The notes under the pieces are model-generated. The model was given only the letters and a program-made list of their open reading frames with translations, ran no database searches and had not been told where the DNA came from. Made by a program: the position numbers and the translations under genes. A DNA stretch of 64,000 bases from a virus, in IMG/VR virus record IMGVR_UViG_3300044959_000237, positions 1-64,000 of that record. One strand, given 5' to 3'. Below, piece after piece: positions 1 through 8,630 of the stretch; position 1 is the first letter of the stretch, and the number at the start of each line of letters is the position of its first letter.

Positions 1-1
1 G

Positions 2-937
2 GTAAACATTTCTCTTACACAAACGGGTGTAACTGCCGGTACATATACGAGACTTACAGTCGATTCATATGGTAGAGTGACTTCTGGTACTACAGCAAGT
101 TTGAGCAATCTCAATTCACCTACAGCCGATTTCAGTTTTGCCGGTTTCAAGTTGACCGACCTTGGTACTCCCACGGCTGCAACCGATGCGGCAACAAAGG
201 CATACGTGGATAGCATTATGGTTTCTTCAGGTGGTGGTGTTTTTGAAATGTCGTCACGGTTTTTCAATATCCCCGGAACATACAATATTCAGGTACCATA
301 TAATTTCAATGCATGTGAAGTTATCGTGATCGGCGGTGGTGGTGGTGGGGGTCCCGTAAGCAATAATTTTAATGTAAAAGGAATTGCTGGAGGAGGATAT
401 GCCGGAGCATTTTGTTGGGCATACATAAGCGGTTTTCCCTTGGGGACGAACATTCAAGTGGTCATAGGTAGTGGTGGAAGCGGATTTTATACAAACTATG
501 ATGCAAGTGCTCAACCCGGTGGATTTTCGAGATTCGGAAACTACGTATATTGCGAAGGTGGTGCTGGTGGCAGATCATTGGATCAAGAACGTAATAATAT
601 TCAACCATACTTGAGTGCCGCAAGTTTCGTGGTAAGTGGTGTAAAATATTTTCATGGAATGGAGGGTGAAGAAGGTTCTTTTTCACTTTGCTCAAGTTCT
701 CCGGCAAACATTTTTCTCTACAATAACAGTCAAATAGCATTTTTTTCGAAAAGTGGAGGAAATGTTCCGGGATTCGGTATCGGCGGAAAAACACAACCTA
801 TCACTGCGAACAACCAAGGGAAAAACGCACGGGGATATGGAGCTGGAGGAGGAGGAGCAATTCGATTAAATTCTGCAAATCGTTCGGGAGGAAATGGAGC
901 TCCCGGATTGGTGTTGGTCAAATGGTATAGAAAATAA
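2..937 (+). CDS. Tail fibre protein, C-terminal part with glycine-rich domain (5'-truncated by window edge)
   Basis: The frame is open from base 2 (VNISLTQTGVTAGTYTRLTVDSYGRVTSG, a typical fibre repeat). It also has the DAATKAYVD fibre motif and a GGGGGGG/GAGGGG Gly-rich C-terminal domain. Confidence 0.85.
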   Translation, partial: VNISLTQTGVTAGTYTRLTVDSYGRVTSGTTASLSNLNSPTADFSFAGFKLTDLGTPTAATDAATKAYVDSIMVSSGGGVFEMSSRFFNIPGTYNIQVPYNFNACEVIVIGGGGGGGPVSNNFNVKGIAGGGYAGAFCWAYISGFPLGTNIQVVIGSGGSGFYTNYDASAQPGGFSRFGNYVYCEGGAGGRSLDQERNNIQPYLSAASFVVSGVKYFHGMEGEEGSFSLCSSSPANIFLYNNSQIAFFSKSGGNVPGFGIGGKTQPITANNQGKNARGYGAGGGGAIRLNSANRSGGNGAPGLVLVKWYRK

Positions 938-981
938 AATTTTAATAGTTTTCATAAACAGAAAATCAGAGTAATCAGAAA

Positions 982-1371
982 ATGAATTTCGAATTTTACG
1001 ATTATACCGAAGAAGAATTGAATATTTTATTGGAAGAAACGTTGAAAAGATATAATTTTCTTTGTAAATTCAATTACAATAACGAAACAACGAAACTTCT
1101 CGAAAAAAGATTGGAAAATATCAGAAAAGCTTTGGAAATCAAGATGAGAGAAAGATTTCTGTCGACCAATCCGAACCAGAATCTGATCAATTTGAACAAA
1201 AATAAAAGTATCGTAATACCATTGCCTGAAAGAGGAACAAAAGCATCATACGAAAATAATGAAAATAATGAAAATATTTTCAAGAAAGGAATAGTAATTG
1301 AAACCGATCCATATCTTGCAAAATTGAACGAACTTCAGGAAAAAAGAGACGATTTGATAGATTTGGAATGA
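982..1371 (+). CDS. Hypothetical protein
   Basis: 129-aa ORF co-oriented with its neighbours; no motif recognised. Confidence 0.6.
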   Translation: MNFEFYDYTEEELNILLEETLKRYNFLCKFNYNNETTKLLEKRLENIRKALEIKMRERFLSTNPNQNLINLNKNKSIVIPLPERGTKASYENNENNENIFKKGIVIETDPYLAKLNELQEKRDDLIDLE

Positions 1372-1417
1372 AGTCGACAAACTTGATAAATATTTTCAGG
1401 AGAGCAACAATTCAAAA

Positions 1418-2092
1418 ATGGCAAATTTTCTGTTCTATTGTTGCTCTCCATCCGAATGGTTTGAAAAAATGAATTATTACAATATAATAAACAAGAAAAT
1501 CAAAATAATAAGAATTTTCGAAAATTTCATTCAGCCGTGTGAAATAGAAATTTCATTCAAGGCAAAATCTCTCGATGATGAAAATCAAACTGTTTCATGT
1601 ATAAAAAAAATGAACATTTTCATAGATGAAATTTTGGAATGTTCCGTTTTTATTTCTCATGATTCTCCATTGATTGATCTGTTTTTGGAAAATGATAATT
1701 TGAAAGTAGCAAACAATGTTGTTTTACTTCCAAAAGATCCGTTGGATGATGTAATAGCTGCGGTTCTGTTTTCCAAATTGAAATCATTATTCAAAGATTT
1801 CATTGAAATCGATGATTTTCGTCTGACAAGTTCTCTTTTCTACGAATCGGAAATAATATTCGAAGATGATTCCGATGATTACATAAAATCATTTCCGTAT
1901 GTCGAAAATGTCGAAATTCCATGGTGGAAGAGAAATGATTTTACAACCAGAGATTATCTGGAAGCACACGAAGAAGAAAACAAACCGAATTTGGAAATGT
2001 TGAAATTGATGATTGAAGAAGAAAAAGTAAATTTCAACAAAAGGTTCACTGAAATAATACAATTGGGAAGCAGAGAAGAAGAGGATTTTTGA
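1418..2092 (+). CDS. Hypothetical phage protein
   Basis: 224-aa ORF with AGGAG RBS and ATAAATA motif at 1386-1392. Confidence 0.75.
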   Translation: MANFLFYCCSPSEWFEKMNYYNIINKKIKIIRIFENFIQPCEIEISFKAKSLDDENQTVSCIKKMNIFIDEILECSVFISHDSPLIDLFLENDNLKVANNVVLLPKDPLDDVIAAVLFSKLKSLFKDFIEIDDFRLTSSLFYESEIIFEDDSDDYIKSFPYVENVEIPWWKRNDFTTRDYLEAHEEENKPNLEMLKLMIEEEKVNFNKRFTEIIQLGSREEEDF

Positions 2093-2271
2093 ATTGAAAT
2101 TATCGATATTTTTCAATTTTGTCGATTGAAATTCGAATATTTTCGACCTTTCGAGTAAATTCATAATATCCTTGTAAAAAAGTTGCGATTTCAGTTGCAG
2201 TTGATTTATTTGAATACAGTTTCCAATTTACAAGATTTTTGATTTTTTCAATTTTTGTAATTCGATCGATA

Positions 2272-2502
2272 TCAATTGACTTTGACTGCTTTCATTCTGA
2301 TGGTTTTTTTGATATTTTCCAAAAGAAAATAGTTTTCTTCTTTTTTCGAAATTTTCATAATTTCAATATATGTGGAATTTCTTCTTTTTACTATCATAAA
2401 TTCATCGTTGATGGGAATCAGATAGAAAAGATCTCGAATCTTGTTGTCATTCAGATAAATTTCATATAAATCTTCAAGTTTGAAATCAAGAGAAATTTTC
2501 AT
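2272..2502 (-). CDS. Small hypothetical protein
   Basis: 76-aa ORF with ATG start, downstream of the 2560-2907 gene. Confidence 0.45.
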   Translation of the reverse strand: MKISLDFKLEDLYEIYLNDNKIRDLFYLIPINDEFMIVKRRNSTYIEIMKISKKEENYFLLENIKKTIRMKAVKVN

Positions 2503-2559
2503 GATTTTTCATCGAAAAAAGTTTCGAAGAAATGCAATTGTTTTTCATTTTTGAAAATT

Positions 2560-2907
2560 TCACTGTTGAACATAAGGAGTAATTTTCTTTATGTTTTTTA
2601 TCACACTATCCACCAAATCTTCCGGTACATACATGATGATGTAATTCAATTTTGGCAACCATTTTATTGGAAAGTTTGGATATACTTTGCTCAATTCCAG
2701 TAAATACTTGCCCGGATGCGGCCAGTTTTTTTCATGTCTTTGAAAAGTTTCGAACCATTCTTCGTGACCACCTCTGATGAACATTTCATATTTTTCTGGT
2801 TCGCTTTTTTTCAAAGCCGCCAGACTTGATCCGAAAATTTTACCATCTTTCCAAGCTTCTTCATCGTTTCCATAATGAATGATAAGACTTGTAATTCTTC
2901 TTTCCAT
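2560..2907 (-). CDS. Hypothetical protein (start revised to ATG at 2907)
   Basis: The track start at 2964 lies inside the tmRNA. ATG 2907 (MERRITS) is preceded by AAGGA. Confidence 0.7.
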   Translation of the reverse strand: MERRITSLIIHYGNDEEAWKDGKIFGSSLAALKKSEPEKYEMFIRGGHEEWFETFQRHEKNWPHPGKYLLELSKVYPNFPIKWLPKLNYIIMYVPEDLVDSVIKNIKKITPYVQQ

Positions 2908-2925
2908 TTTTTTCAGTCCTTGAAG

Positions 2926-3220
2926 AGGGGAGTATTCTGTTGCTGGGAACTCCCCGAACCCCACTTGATTCTGCGTCGAATCAAGAATTAATTTTTTCGA
3001 TGTATTGGCTGCATTATGCTGCCAATGCCATCTTCGCTACATTGTCGTTTGCAGCTATTTTCAAGGTTATAGGTAACCACCCGGCATCTCCGATGTTATT
3101 TTTCCATTGCGTCGAACCTTTTTCGCCCCCGCGAAAAAAATATTTTCATATTTCTTTGGTGGAGGCGACGGGTACTGCCCCCGTGTCCGCAATGGTGAAT
3201 AACATCTTCATCGATACCAA
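2926..3220 (-). ncRNA. ssrA: Circularly permuted (two-piece) tmRNA, alphaproteobacterial type; tag peptide ANDNVAKMALAA*
   Basis: The acceptor piece has the T-arm ACGGG-GGCAGTA-CCCGT, then CGCCTCC-A-CCA ending at 3157. A 26-nt intervening segment follows, and the coding piece starts GGGGGCG at 3130, giving a 7-bp acceptor stem with G3.U70. P2 pairs GCAATGG/CCATTGC and AATAACATC/GATGTTATT. The tag ORF is 3052-3014, and the 3' motif is GGGGTTCGGGGAG...GCAACAGAA...CTCCCC. Outer ends are approximate. Confidence 0.95.
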
Positions 3221-3224
3221 TACA

Positions 3225-3253
3225 TATTTATTACCGAATAGAATATTTGTCAA
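3225..3253 (-). promoter_or_regulatory. Promoter for the tmRNA: TTGACA-17 nt-TAAATA (sigma70-like -35 plus late-type ATAAATA)
   Basis: TTGACA at 3253-3248, a 17-nt spacer and TAAATA at 3230-3225, directly upstream of the acceptor piece. Confidence 0.65.
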
Positions 3254-3315
3254 TATGTATTTTTGTCTGAAAATGTGAAAAATCAGGAAAAAGTTTTTCT
3301 TGAAATTCGAAGATT

Positions 3316-3573
3316 TTATTTTACGAAAACGTCATTGCTGCCATTTATGATTGTTGAAGGACAGGTTGTTGTATCTCCTGTTCCAGAAACAGGAATTCCA
3401 TTGACATATACATTGGAAGATCCACTTGCAACGAATCCATCACCACCGTCTTCACAACCAACCGTATCTCCTATTCTCGCAACGGGAATATTGTTTGCGT
3501 ATACATTGAAAGATCCACTTTTTATCGGACGATTTTCATTGGTATTATCTCCAATTCTGGCGACAGGTCTCAT
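3316..3573 (-). CDS. PAAR-repeat spike tip protein (T4 gp5.4-like)
   Basis: Repeated PVARIGD motifs, GS-x-NVY-x-N-x-IPV and a C-terminal GSNDVFV in 85 aa. Confidence 0.92.
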   Translation of the reverse strand: MRPVARIGDNTNENRPIKSGSFNVYANNIPVARIGDTVGCEDGGDGFVASGSSNVYVNGIPVSGTGDTTTCPSTIINGSNDVFVK

Positions 3574-3574
3574 T

Positions 3575-4438
3575 TTATCCTCCCTGTATTATTACCGGAA
3601 CGATATCATCTGGCGAATCAATTTTGGATAAGGTATTGAACGCACTTTTGACTTCATCGCTTCCAATGGCTTCGACGACTGCTCTTATACATGGATTTGT
3701 TATTACAGATAATGTAAATGCAAGAGCTTGATCCAGCAAATCCTGAGTCAGTTCCTCAAGTTGTTCAACTTCCTGTTTCAATTTATCGTAAAGAGGTTTG
3801 ATGGCTTCTTTGATAGGTTCCAAAAATTGATTTACAACATTTACTATAGCTTGTATTCCAGCTGCAATTGCTGCATTTATTGCTTGTAAAAATGTTTGAA
3901 GTATACTGTTGGCAGCATCCAGAAGTTGTTTTCCGATTCCCAAAAGAAGTCCCATGATTCCAAAATATTCGGCACATTGTTCTACTGCATTCAAATAAGT
4001 CAAATTGAAATTGTCCTTTGCACCTATTGCCGATAGTATGTTTGGCATACTTTCTGTAATGGTATTGGTATGATTCAAAATTCCCGGCAATGGAATTCCC
4101 ATTCCCTGTACTACGGTAGAAAGATCGCCATTGCTCGATAAAAGATGTTTCAAAGGAGGATAAAGACCATCGAAGACAGTTGGTTGTGCAAATCCACCAC
4201 TTCCCAAGTAAGGAGCATCCAATATCTTTACGACTTCGTTCAAAACATTGAAATTTGGATCACCCGGTCCTGTTATCAAAGATGGATTATCCATGATTCC
4301 GGTCAGAACTCCGACAACTTGACCACTCAGGTTCGTAGTTTCGGAAATTGGACCCGCCATCGTGTTGACAAAAGGCTGTCCTGCTTTTATTGCACGATAC
4401 ATCGATGCTACATTGTTGATATAAGGAATATTTGGCAT
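3575..4438 (-). CDS. Hypothetical virion/baseplate-associated protein
   Basis: ~287 aa with AAGGAG RBS before ATG 4438; abuts the PAAR gene. Confidence 0.7.
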   Translation of the reverse strand: MPNIPYINNVASMYRAIKAGQPFVNTMAGPISETTNLSGQVVGVLTGIMDNPSLITGPGDPNFNVLNEVVKILDAPYLGSGGFAQPTVFDGLYPPLKHLLSSNGDLSTVVQGMGIPLPGILNHTNTITESMPNILSAIGAKDNFNLTYLNAVEQCAEYFGIMGLLLGIGKQLLDAANSILQTFLQAINAAIAAGIQAIVNVVNQFLEPIKEAIKPLYDKLKQEVEQLEELTQDLLDQALAFTLSVITNPCIRAVVEAIGSDEVKSAFNTLSKIDSPDDIVPVIIQGG

Positions 4439-4496
4439 ATTCACTCCTTTTTTGATTTTTTTTAATTTATTTAACTAATTTTCGACATATTCCTTT

Positions 4497-5425
4497 TCAT
4501 TTGTAAAATTTTTGTATCATGCAATCATGACATGAAGTATTTCTTATGTCGAAAGAAATATGAGCCTTTCTCGATTTCTGAAATTATGATGAATGTCATG
4601 TTTCCATGAAATTTTGTTTTTTCGAATCTTCCATTATAAATTCATCAACAATAGAAAAATAACAAGCATACATTGTACTATCGAAGTTTATATGTGCTTC
4701 TTTGAAAGTTCCCAACACGATGCAGGATCTACGAGATTTTCTGTTCTTTCCCGATTTTCACCAGAAAATAACCATTTTTTCTTATTGCTTCCTGATTATA
4801 CAAAGAAAGAGAGTATATTTCATCAAAACAAGAAGACAGTTTTTTGTGGTTTTTTGATTCTTTCTTTTTGTTCACCGTTGTACAATAATACGAAGCATAA
4901 ATTCTACATTTATGATTGTGTTCATCTCTTGTTTCTCGTGTTTTTTGAAATTTTTTTTTTCATTCTTTTTCAATTTATAGAATTGACTTTTGCAATGTTG
5001 GAAAATTGTTCTTCATCGGTGTAATTTAATGAGAATTTCAAGAAATTCAAACTGGCTTGAAAATATTTTTCAACTTTATCGGGAATAGCTACAGAAAGAC
5101 CATTTGTTGTCAAAAACATGTAATCGAATTCAATATTTTCTTTTGCATATCTTATTACTTGTGACAAGTCGGAATTGAGAAAACTTTCTTCAAAAAAGGA
5201 GCAATTTGTTCGACACCAATATTTTTTCAATTCTTTACAATTTTTTATAAAGTTGTATATTCATAAAAATCTTTTTTTCAAGTCGTAAATGAAAGCAGAA
5301 GGAGCAACTATAGTTGCAAGTTCTTGACAAGTCAATTTTCAACTGATATTGGCGGCGTTGTTGGTATCAGATAATCTTCGGCAATATGAACAAAGTGGTT
5401 TATTCTTCGAGTTATTGTCTTGTTT
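4497..5425 (-). pseudogene. Degraded radical SAM/SPASM-domain protein
   Basis: CNYSCSFC (CxxxCxxC) at 5318-5295, then LTTNG and LKFSLN, SPASM-like remnants (PASCW, YACYF) and terminal CHDC. These are spread over several frames with stops. Confidence 0.85.
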
Positions 5426-5525
5426 TCTTTTCTTTATGATGTCAAGCCTTGTTAACTTGTGAAAAGAAAAACAATGTCAATTCTATTTATTATTTTCATT
5501 TTTTTTGAAAAATGATTTTAGTCTT

Positions 5526-6572
5526 TTAGTCAATTATATTCAGTTTCTTTCTTGCCAAAAGTACCGCAGTATAGTTTGTAGGAACATTGTTTTTTTCACT
5601 TTCTTCCAGAATTTCTTTCAATATGACTGGAATGTTTTTCAATTTTCTTTCTACAATATTTTCATGATACTTACCATTTACACTACCAGAAACTTGTATG
5701 ACTCCGCCGGCGTTGATGACAAAATCAGGCAAATATATGATATTGTTATTTTTGAGTTCCCATCCGATCGAGTTTGTTTCCAATTGATTGTTCGCTGATC
5801 CTGCTATTATCTTGATGTTGTTTTTCTTCATTTTTTCGATAGATTGGCGAGTTACCACATTTCCTCGGGCACATGGAGAGAAAACATCATACGAGAAATC
5901 GAAAATTTTTTCACTCGGAACAAACTCGATTTGCGGAAATTTGTTTCTGACTTCTTCGTTTATGTCACTTATGTAAACTTTGAATTCATTTTCGACGAGA
6001 AGTGACACAAGAGACGAACCTACAGAACCGATACCTTGTACCAATACTGAAATTTCTCTTGATTCCTTACCAAGAATGGAAGGAACAATTTCCTTTATTC
6101 CAAAAAATACACCTTTTGCAGTAACAGGTCCCGGATCTCCGGCAATTTTTTCCACAACATGAGGAGTAATTTCTCTTACTACATCCAAATCGTCACAGCT
6201 TATATTCATATCTTCTGCTATTATATATTTTCCATTCAGATCGTTCAAAACATGAGAAATACATTTCAGATAACTCGATTTTTTTTCTCTGTTTCTGAAA
6301 TAGGGTGTATTTATTACAGATTTGCCACCCCCAAACGGCAAATCAGCCAAACAACTTTTGTAAGTCATGGCTTTCGATAATGCGAGAGCATCGGTAAATG
6401 CAGATTCATTGTTTTCATAGAACAAACATCTACAGCCACCCAATGAAGGGCCTCGATGTGTGTTATGAATTGAAATGTAAGCTGTAAATTCCTCTTCAAC
6501 TTCAATTTTTACAATTTTTTCGTAATTTTCCATATGAATTTCCGAAACTTTCATTTTGAAATCGTCTTTCAT
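5526..6572 (-). CDS. Glu/Leu/Phe/Val dehydrogenase, most like leucine dehydrogenase
   Basis: Motifs GPSLGGCR, MTYK, GGGKSVI (catalytic Lys), AEDM, TAKGV, VQGIGSVG, PCARG, AGSANNQL and PDFVINAGG. AAGGAG RBS before ATG 6572. Confidence 0.93.
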   Translation of the reverse strand: MKDDFKMKVSEIHMENYEKIVKIEVEEEFTAYISIHNTHRGPSLGGCRCLFYENNESAFTDALALSKAMTYKSCLADLPFGGGKSVINTPYFRNREKKSSYLKCISHVLNDLNGKYIIAEDMNISCDDLDVVREITPHVVEKIAGDPGPVTAKGVFFGIKEIVPSILGKESREISVLVQGIGSVGSSLVSLLVENEFKVYISDINEEVRNKFPQIEFVPSEKIFDFSYDVFSPCARGNVVTRQSIEKMKKNNIKIIAGSANNQLETNSIGWELKNNNIIYLPDFVINAGGVIQVSGSVNGKYHENIVERKLKNIPVILKEILEESEKNNVPTNYTAVLLARKKLNIID

Positions 6573-6595
6573 TGTGTTTCTCTCCTTTGGAAACT

Positions 6596-6937
6596 TCATG
6601 AATCTTTGAGAAAATTCATATTCGAGATTACTCTCAGATTCGAAATTTGTTGAAGATAATTGATTCTGACGTTTTCGTTACTTTTTGTTATCATAATGAC
6701 AAAATTTTTATTCAATATTATTTCATCTTTATCTGTGTCAGCTGAAAATAACCAAGGTAATAGCATAAGTTGAATATTACCTTCCAACGAACCAGTTACC
6801 GCAACAAGTCGGGGTTTGGATATTTTGTAAGATTCTTGTGTTTGTTCCACAAATTTTGCAATTATTTCATCGCCATTGATCAATTTCATTGTTATCACGT
6901 CGTTTTTCAAAAATTGAAAATTTTTCTCTATCAACAT
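6596..6937 (-). CDS. Sm-like fold phage protein
   Basis: N-terminal KLINGDEIIAK...ISKP...LLPW pattern typical of small T4-like Sm-fold proteins; AAGGAG RBS. Confidence 0.65.
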   Translation of the reverse strand: MLIEKNFQFLKNDVITMKLINGDEIIAKFVEQTQESYKISKPRLVAVTGSLEGNIQLMLLPWLFSADTDKDEIILNKNFVIMITKSNENVRINYLQQISNLRVISNMNFLKDS

Positions 6938-6989
6938 ATTTTTTCTCCTTGTTTACAGTTTGAAAAAAATTGTAGAAAACCATGGAAAT

Positions 6990-7115
6990 TCCATATGATT
7001 TTTTCTTTGAAAGTAATTTTGATTGGTTCACAAGAACTCCTGTGTTCCTGCTTGCATTTATATCTGCATTTATTTTTTTGCCATATATTGAACATTCAAA
7101 TTCTTCCCGGTCCCG
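6990..7115 (-). mobile_element. C-terminal relic of a TnpB (IS200/IS605 OrfB) gene
   Basis: The minus frame reads RDREEFECSIYGKKINADINASRNTG...VNQ. This matches the TnpB zinc-ribbon end F-x-C-x2-CG plus RuvC-III NAD-x-NA-x-RN (7070-7044), with one Cys lost. Confidence 0.65.
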
Positions 7116-7156
7116 AATACAATTATATTTTTTGTATTGTAATTTTCAAATAAAAA

Positions 7157-8053
7157 TTATTCAATTTCGATCAATCCTTTTTTGATTTTGTGATATTTTC
7201 GATCATGATTTACGAAAACTACTTTCGAACTTTTTTCATCGACAAAGTAGAAACAATCGTTCAGTTTTTCTGCGAGAGTTCGAATGAAAACTCTGTTTTC
7301 TTCTTTCAGATTTTTTTCTGTCAAAATTGCTTGTAATACTTTTTCTGTTTTTTCTATGGTAGTGAAAATATTTTCTGACATGTTTTCATAATTTTTACCG
7401 CCACAAAAACGAAATTCAATGAAATTGTATTGTTGTTTACCGAACGCAATGTTCGCATATTTTGTTTTCCAGAAAGGTTCTTTGAAAGGAATCAAAGTGT
7501 TGTGAACATTGTTCACAAGTTTTTCCAATTTATCGATATCATCGAATTTTTCTTTTGCATTTTCCCATTTTATGTTGAAAAGAATTTCCTGAATAATTCT
7601 CCAATTTTCTCTGTTCACATAGCAAACATTTTCCTTCTCTTTGTTTTCTTGCCATTTTTTGTGTATTTTTTCTTTTATTTCCAGTTTGTACACAAGATTC
7701 AACGCTTGTTGAAAATTCAGAGAAAAATTTCCCAGAGAAAAATGAAAACCGCAACTTCCGTTTGTATATCCGTTTTTCTTGATGAAATCGAGACAAATGA
7801 ATATTTCTTCGAAAAATTTATCTCTGTTTTCGAATATTGGTGATATTATTTCTATACCTGTTTCATTTGTATTGTACGGAATTATGCTTCTGTCATGGAA
7901 GTACGAATAATTCGATTTGGAAATATGAGGAAAATGATTGTGATTTTTCGATTTTATATTTCTGTGGAAATTTTTCAGATTTTCGAAAAAATCTTTTTTT
8001 CTTCTGTTACAACAAAACTCTGCTTCGAAACCATAGGTGAAATGAAAATTCAT
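7157..8053 (-). CDS. Putative amidoligase (COOH-NH2 ligase type 2)
   Basis: Motifs YGFEAEF, DRSI, GIEIISP, TNGSCGFHFS, KY and IEFRFCGG. Confidence 0.8.
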   Translation of the reverse strand: MNFHFTYGFEAEFCCNRRKKDFFENLKNFHRNIKSKNHNHFPHISKSNYSYFHDRSIIPYNTNETGIEIISPIFENRDKFFEEIFICLDFIKKNGYTNGSCGFHFSLGNFSLNFQQALNLVYKLEIKEKIHKKWQENKEKENVCYVNRENWRIIQEILFNIKWENAKEKFDDIDKLEKLVNNVHNTLIPFKEPFWKTKYANIAFGKQQYNFIEFRFCGGKNYENMSENIFTTIEKTEKVLQAILTEKNLKEENRVFIRTLAEKLNDCFYFVDEKSSKVVFVNHDRKYHKIKKGLIEIE

Positions 8054-8100
8054 GACCGTTCTTCAAATAAACTTGCAATTTCTCTCGTGATTGACAATTT

Positions 8101-8580
8101 TCATTTTTCTAAAATTTTCCATTTTCCTTTTATTTTTGCAAAACGATACAATTCCGACATTTTACAGATTTCGCTTTCTAGAATGATTTTACCTTCATGT
8201 GTCAAAAAAACATTTTCATCTTTTCCTTTGTAGTGCAGTATATCAATTATTTTCGAATTTTTCAAGTCTTTCATTGTCAAAATTTCCAAACGATCTTCCA
8301 ATTGAGGAATTGCCTGTATATGAAGCTCGGCAATAATGTAGATTATCGAAAAATCATCGTAATCGTTGTCTTTCAAAAGTTCCCATATTGTAGGCCAAGT
8401 ATCTGTATTTTCTTTTATCATCGATATTTTTACTTTCGGACATGATTTCAGAAAATCGAAACAATTCAGAAAAGATTTTTCAATTTCTTTGAAATTCGTC
8501 CCTTCTGTTTTGGAAATTTTCTCTCGAAGATTTCTGATATAATTCAGTCTCTCGTAGTATGTCAAATTGAAAGGATTCAT
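8101..8580 (-). CDS. Hypothetical protein
   Basis: 159-aa ORF with GAGG RBS. Confidence 0.7.
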   Translation of the reverse strand: MNPFNLTYYERLNYIRNLREKISKTEGTNFKEIEKSFLNCFDFLKSCPKVKISMIKENTDTWPTIWELLKDNDYDDFSIIYIIAELHIQAIPQLEDRLEILTMKDLKNSKIIDILHYKGKDENVFLTHEGKIILESEICKMSELYRFAKIKGKWKILEK

Positions 8581-8630
8581 GTTTTGATTCCTCTATGAAA
8601 ATATGAACAAAAAATTCGAAATTTTTCAAA

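Noticed and set aside
2100-2285. Frameshifted continuation of ORF 2272-2502
   Set aside because: The open stretch has no start codon and crosses an IS-end-like hairpin, so it is probably chance in AT-rich DNA.
2940-3278. ORF 2940-3278 (+) and the N-terminal extension of ORF 2560-2964 (-)
   Set aside because: Both overlap the tmRNA, whose structure explains the sequence.
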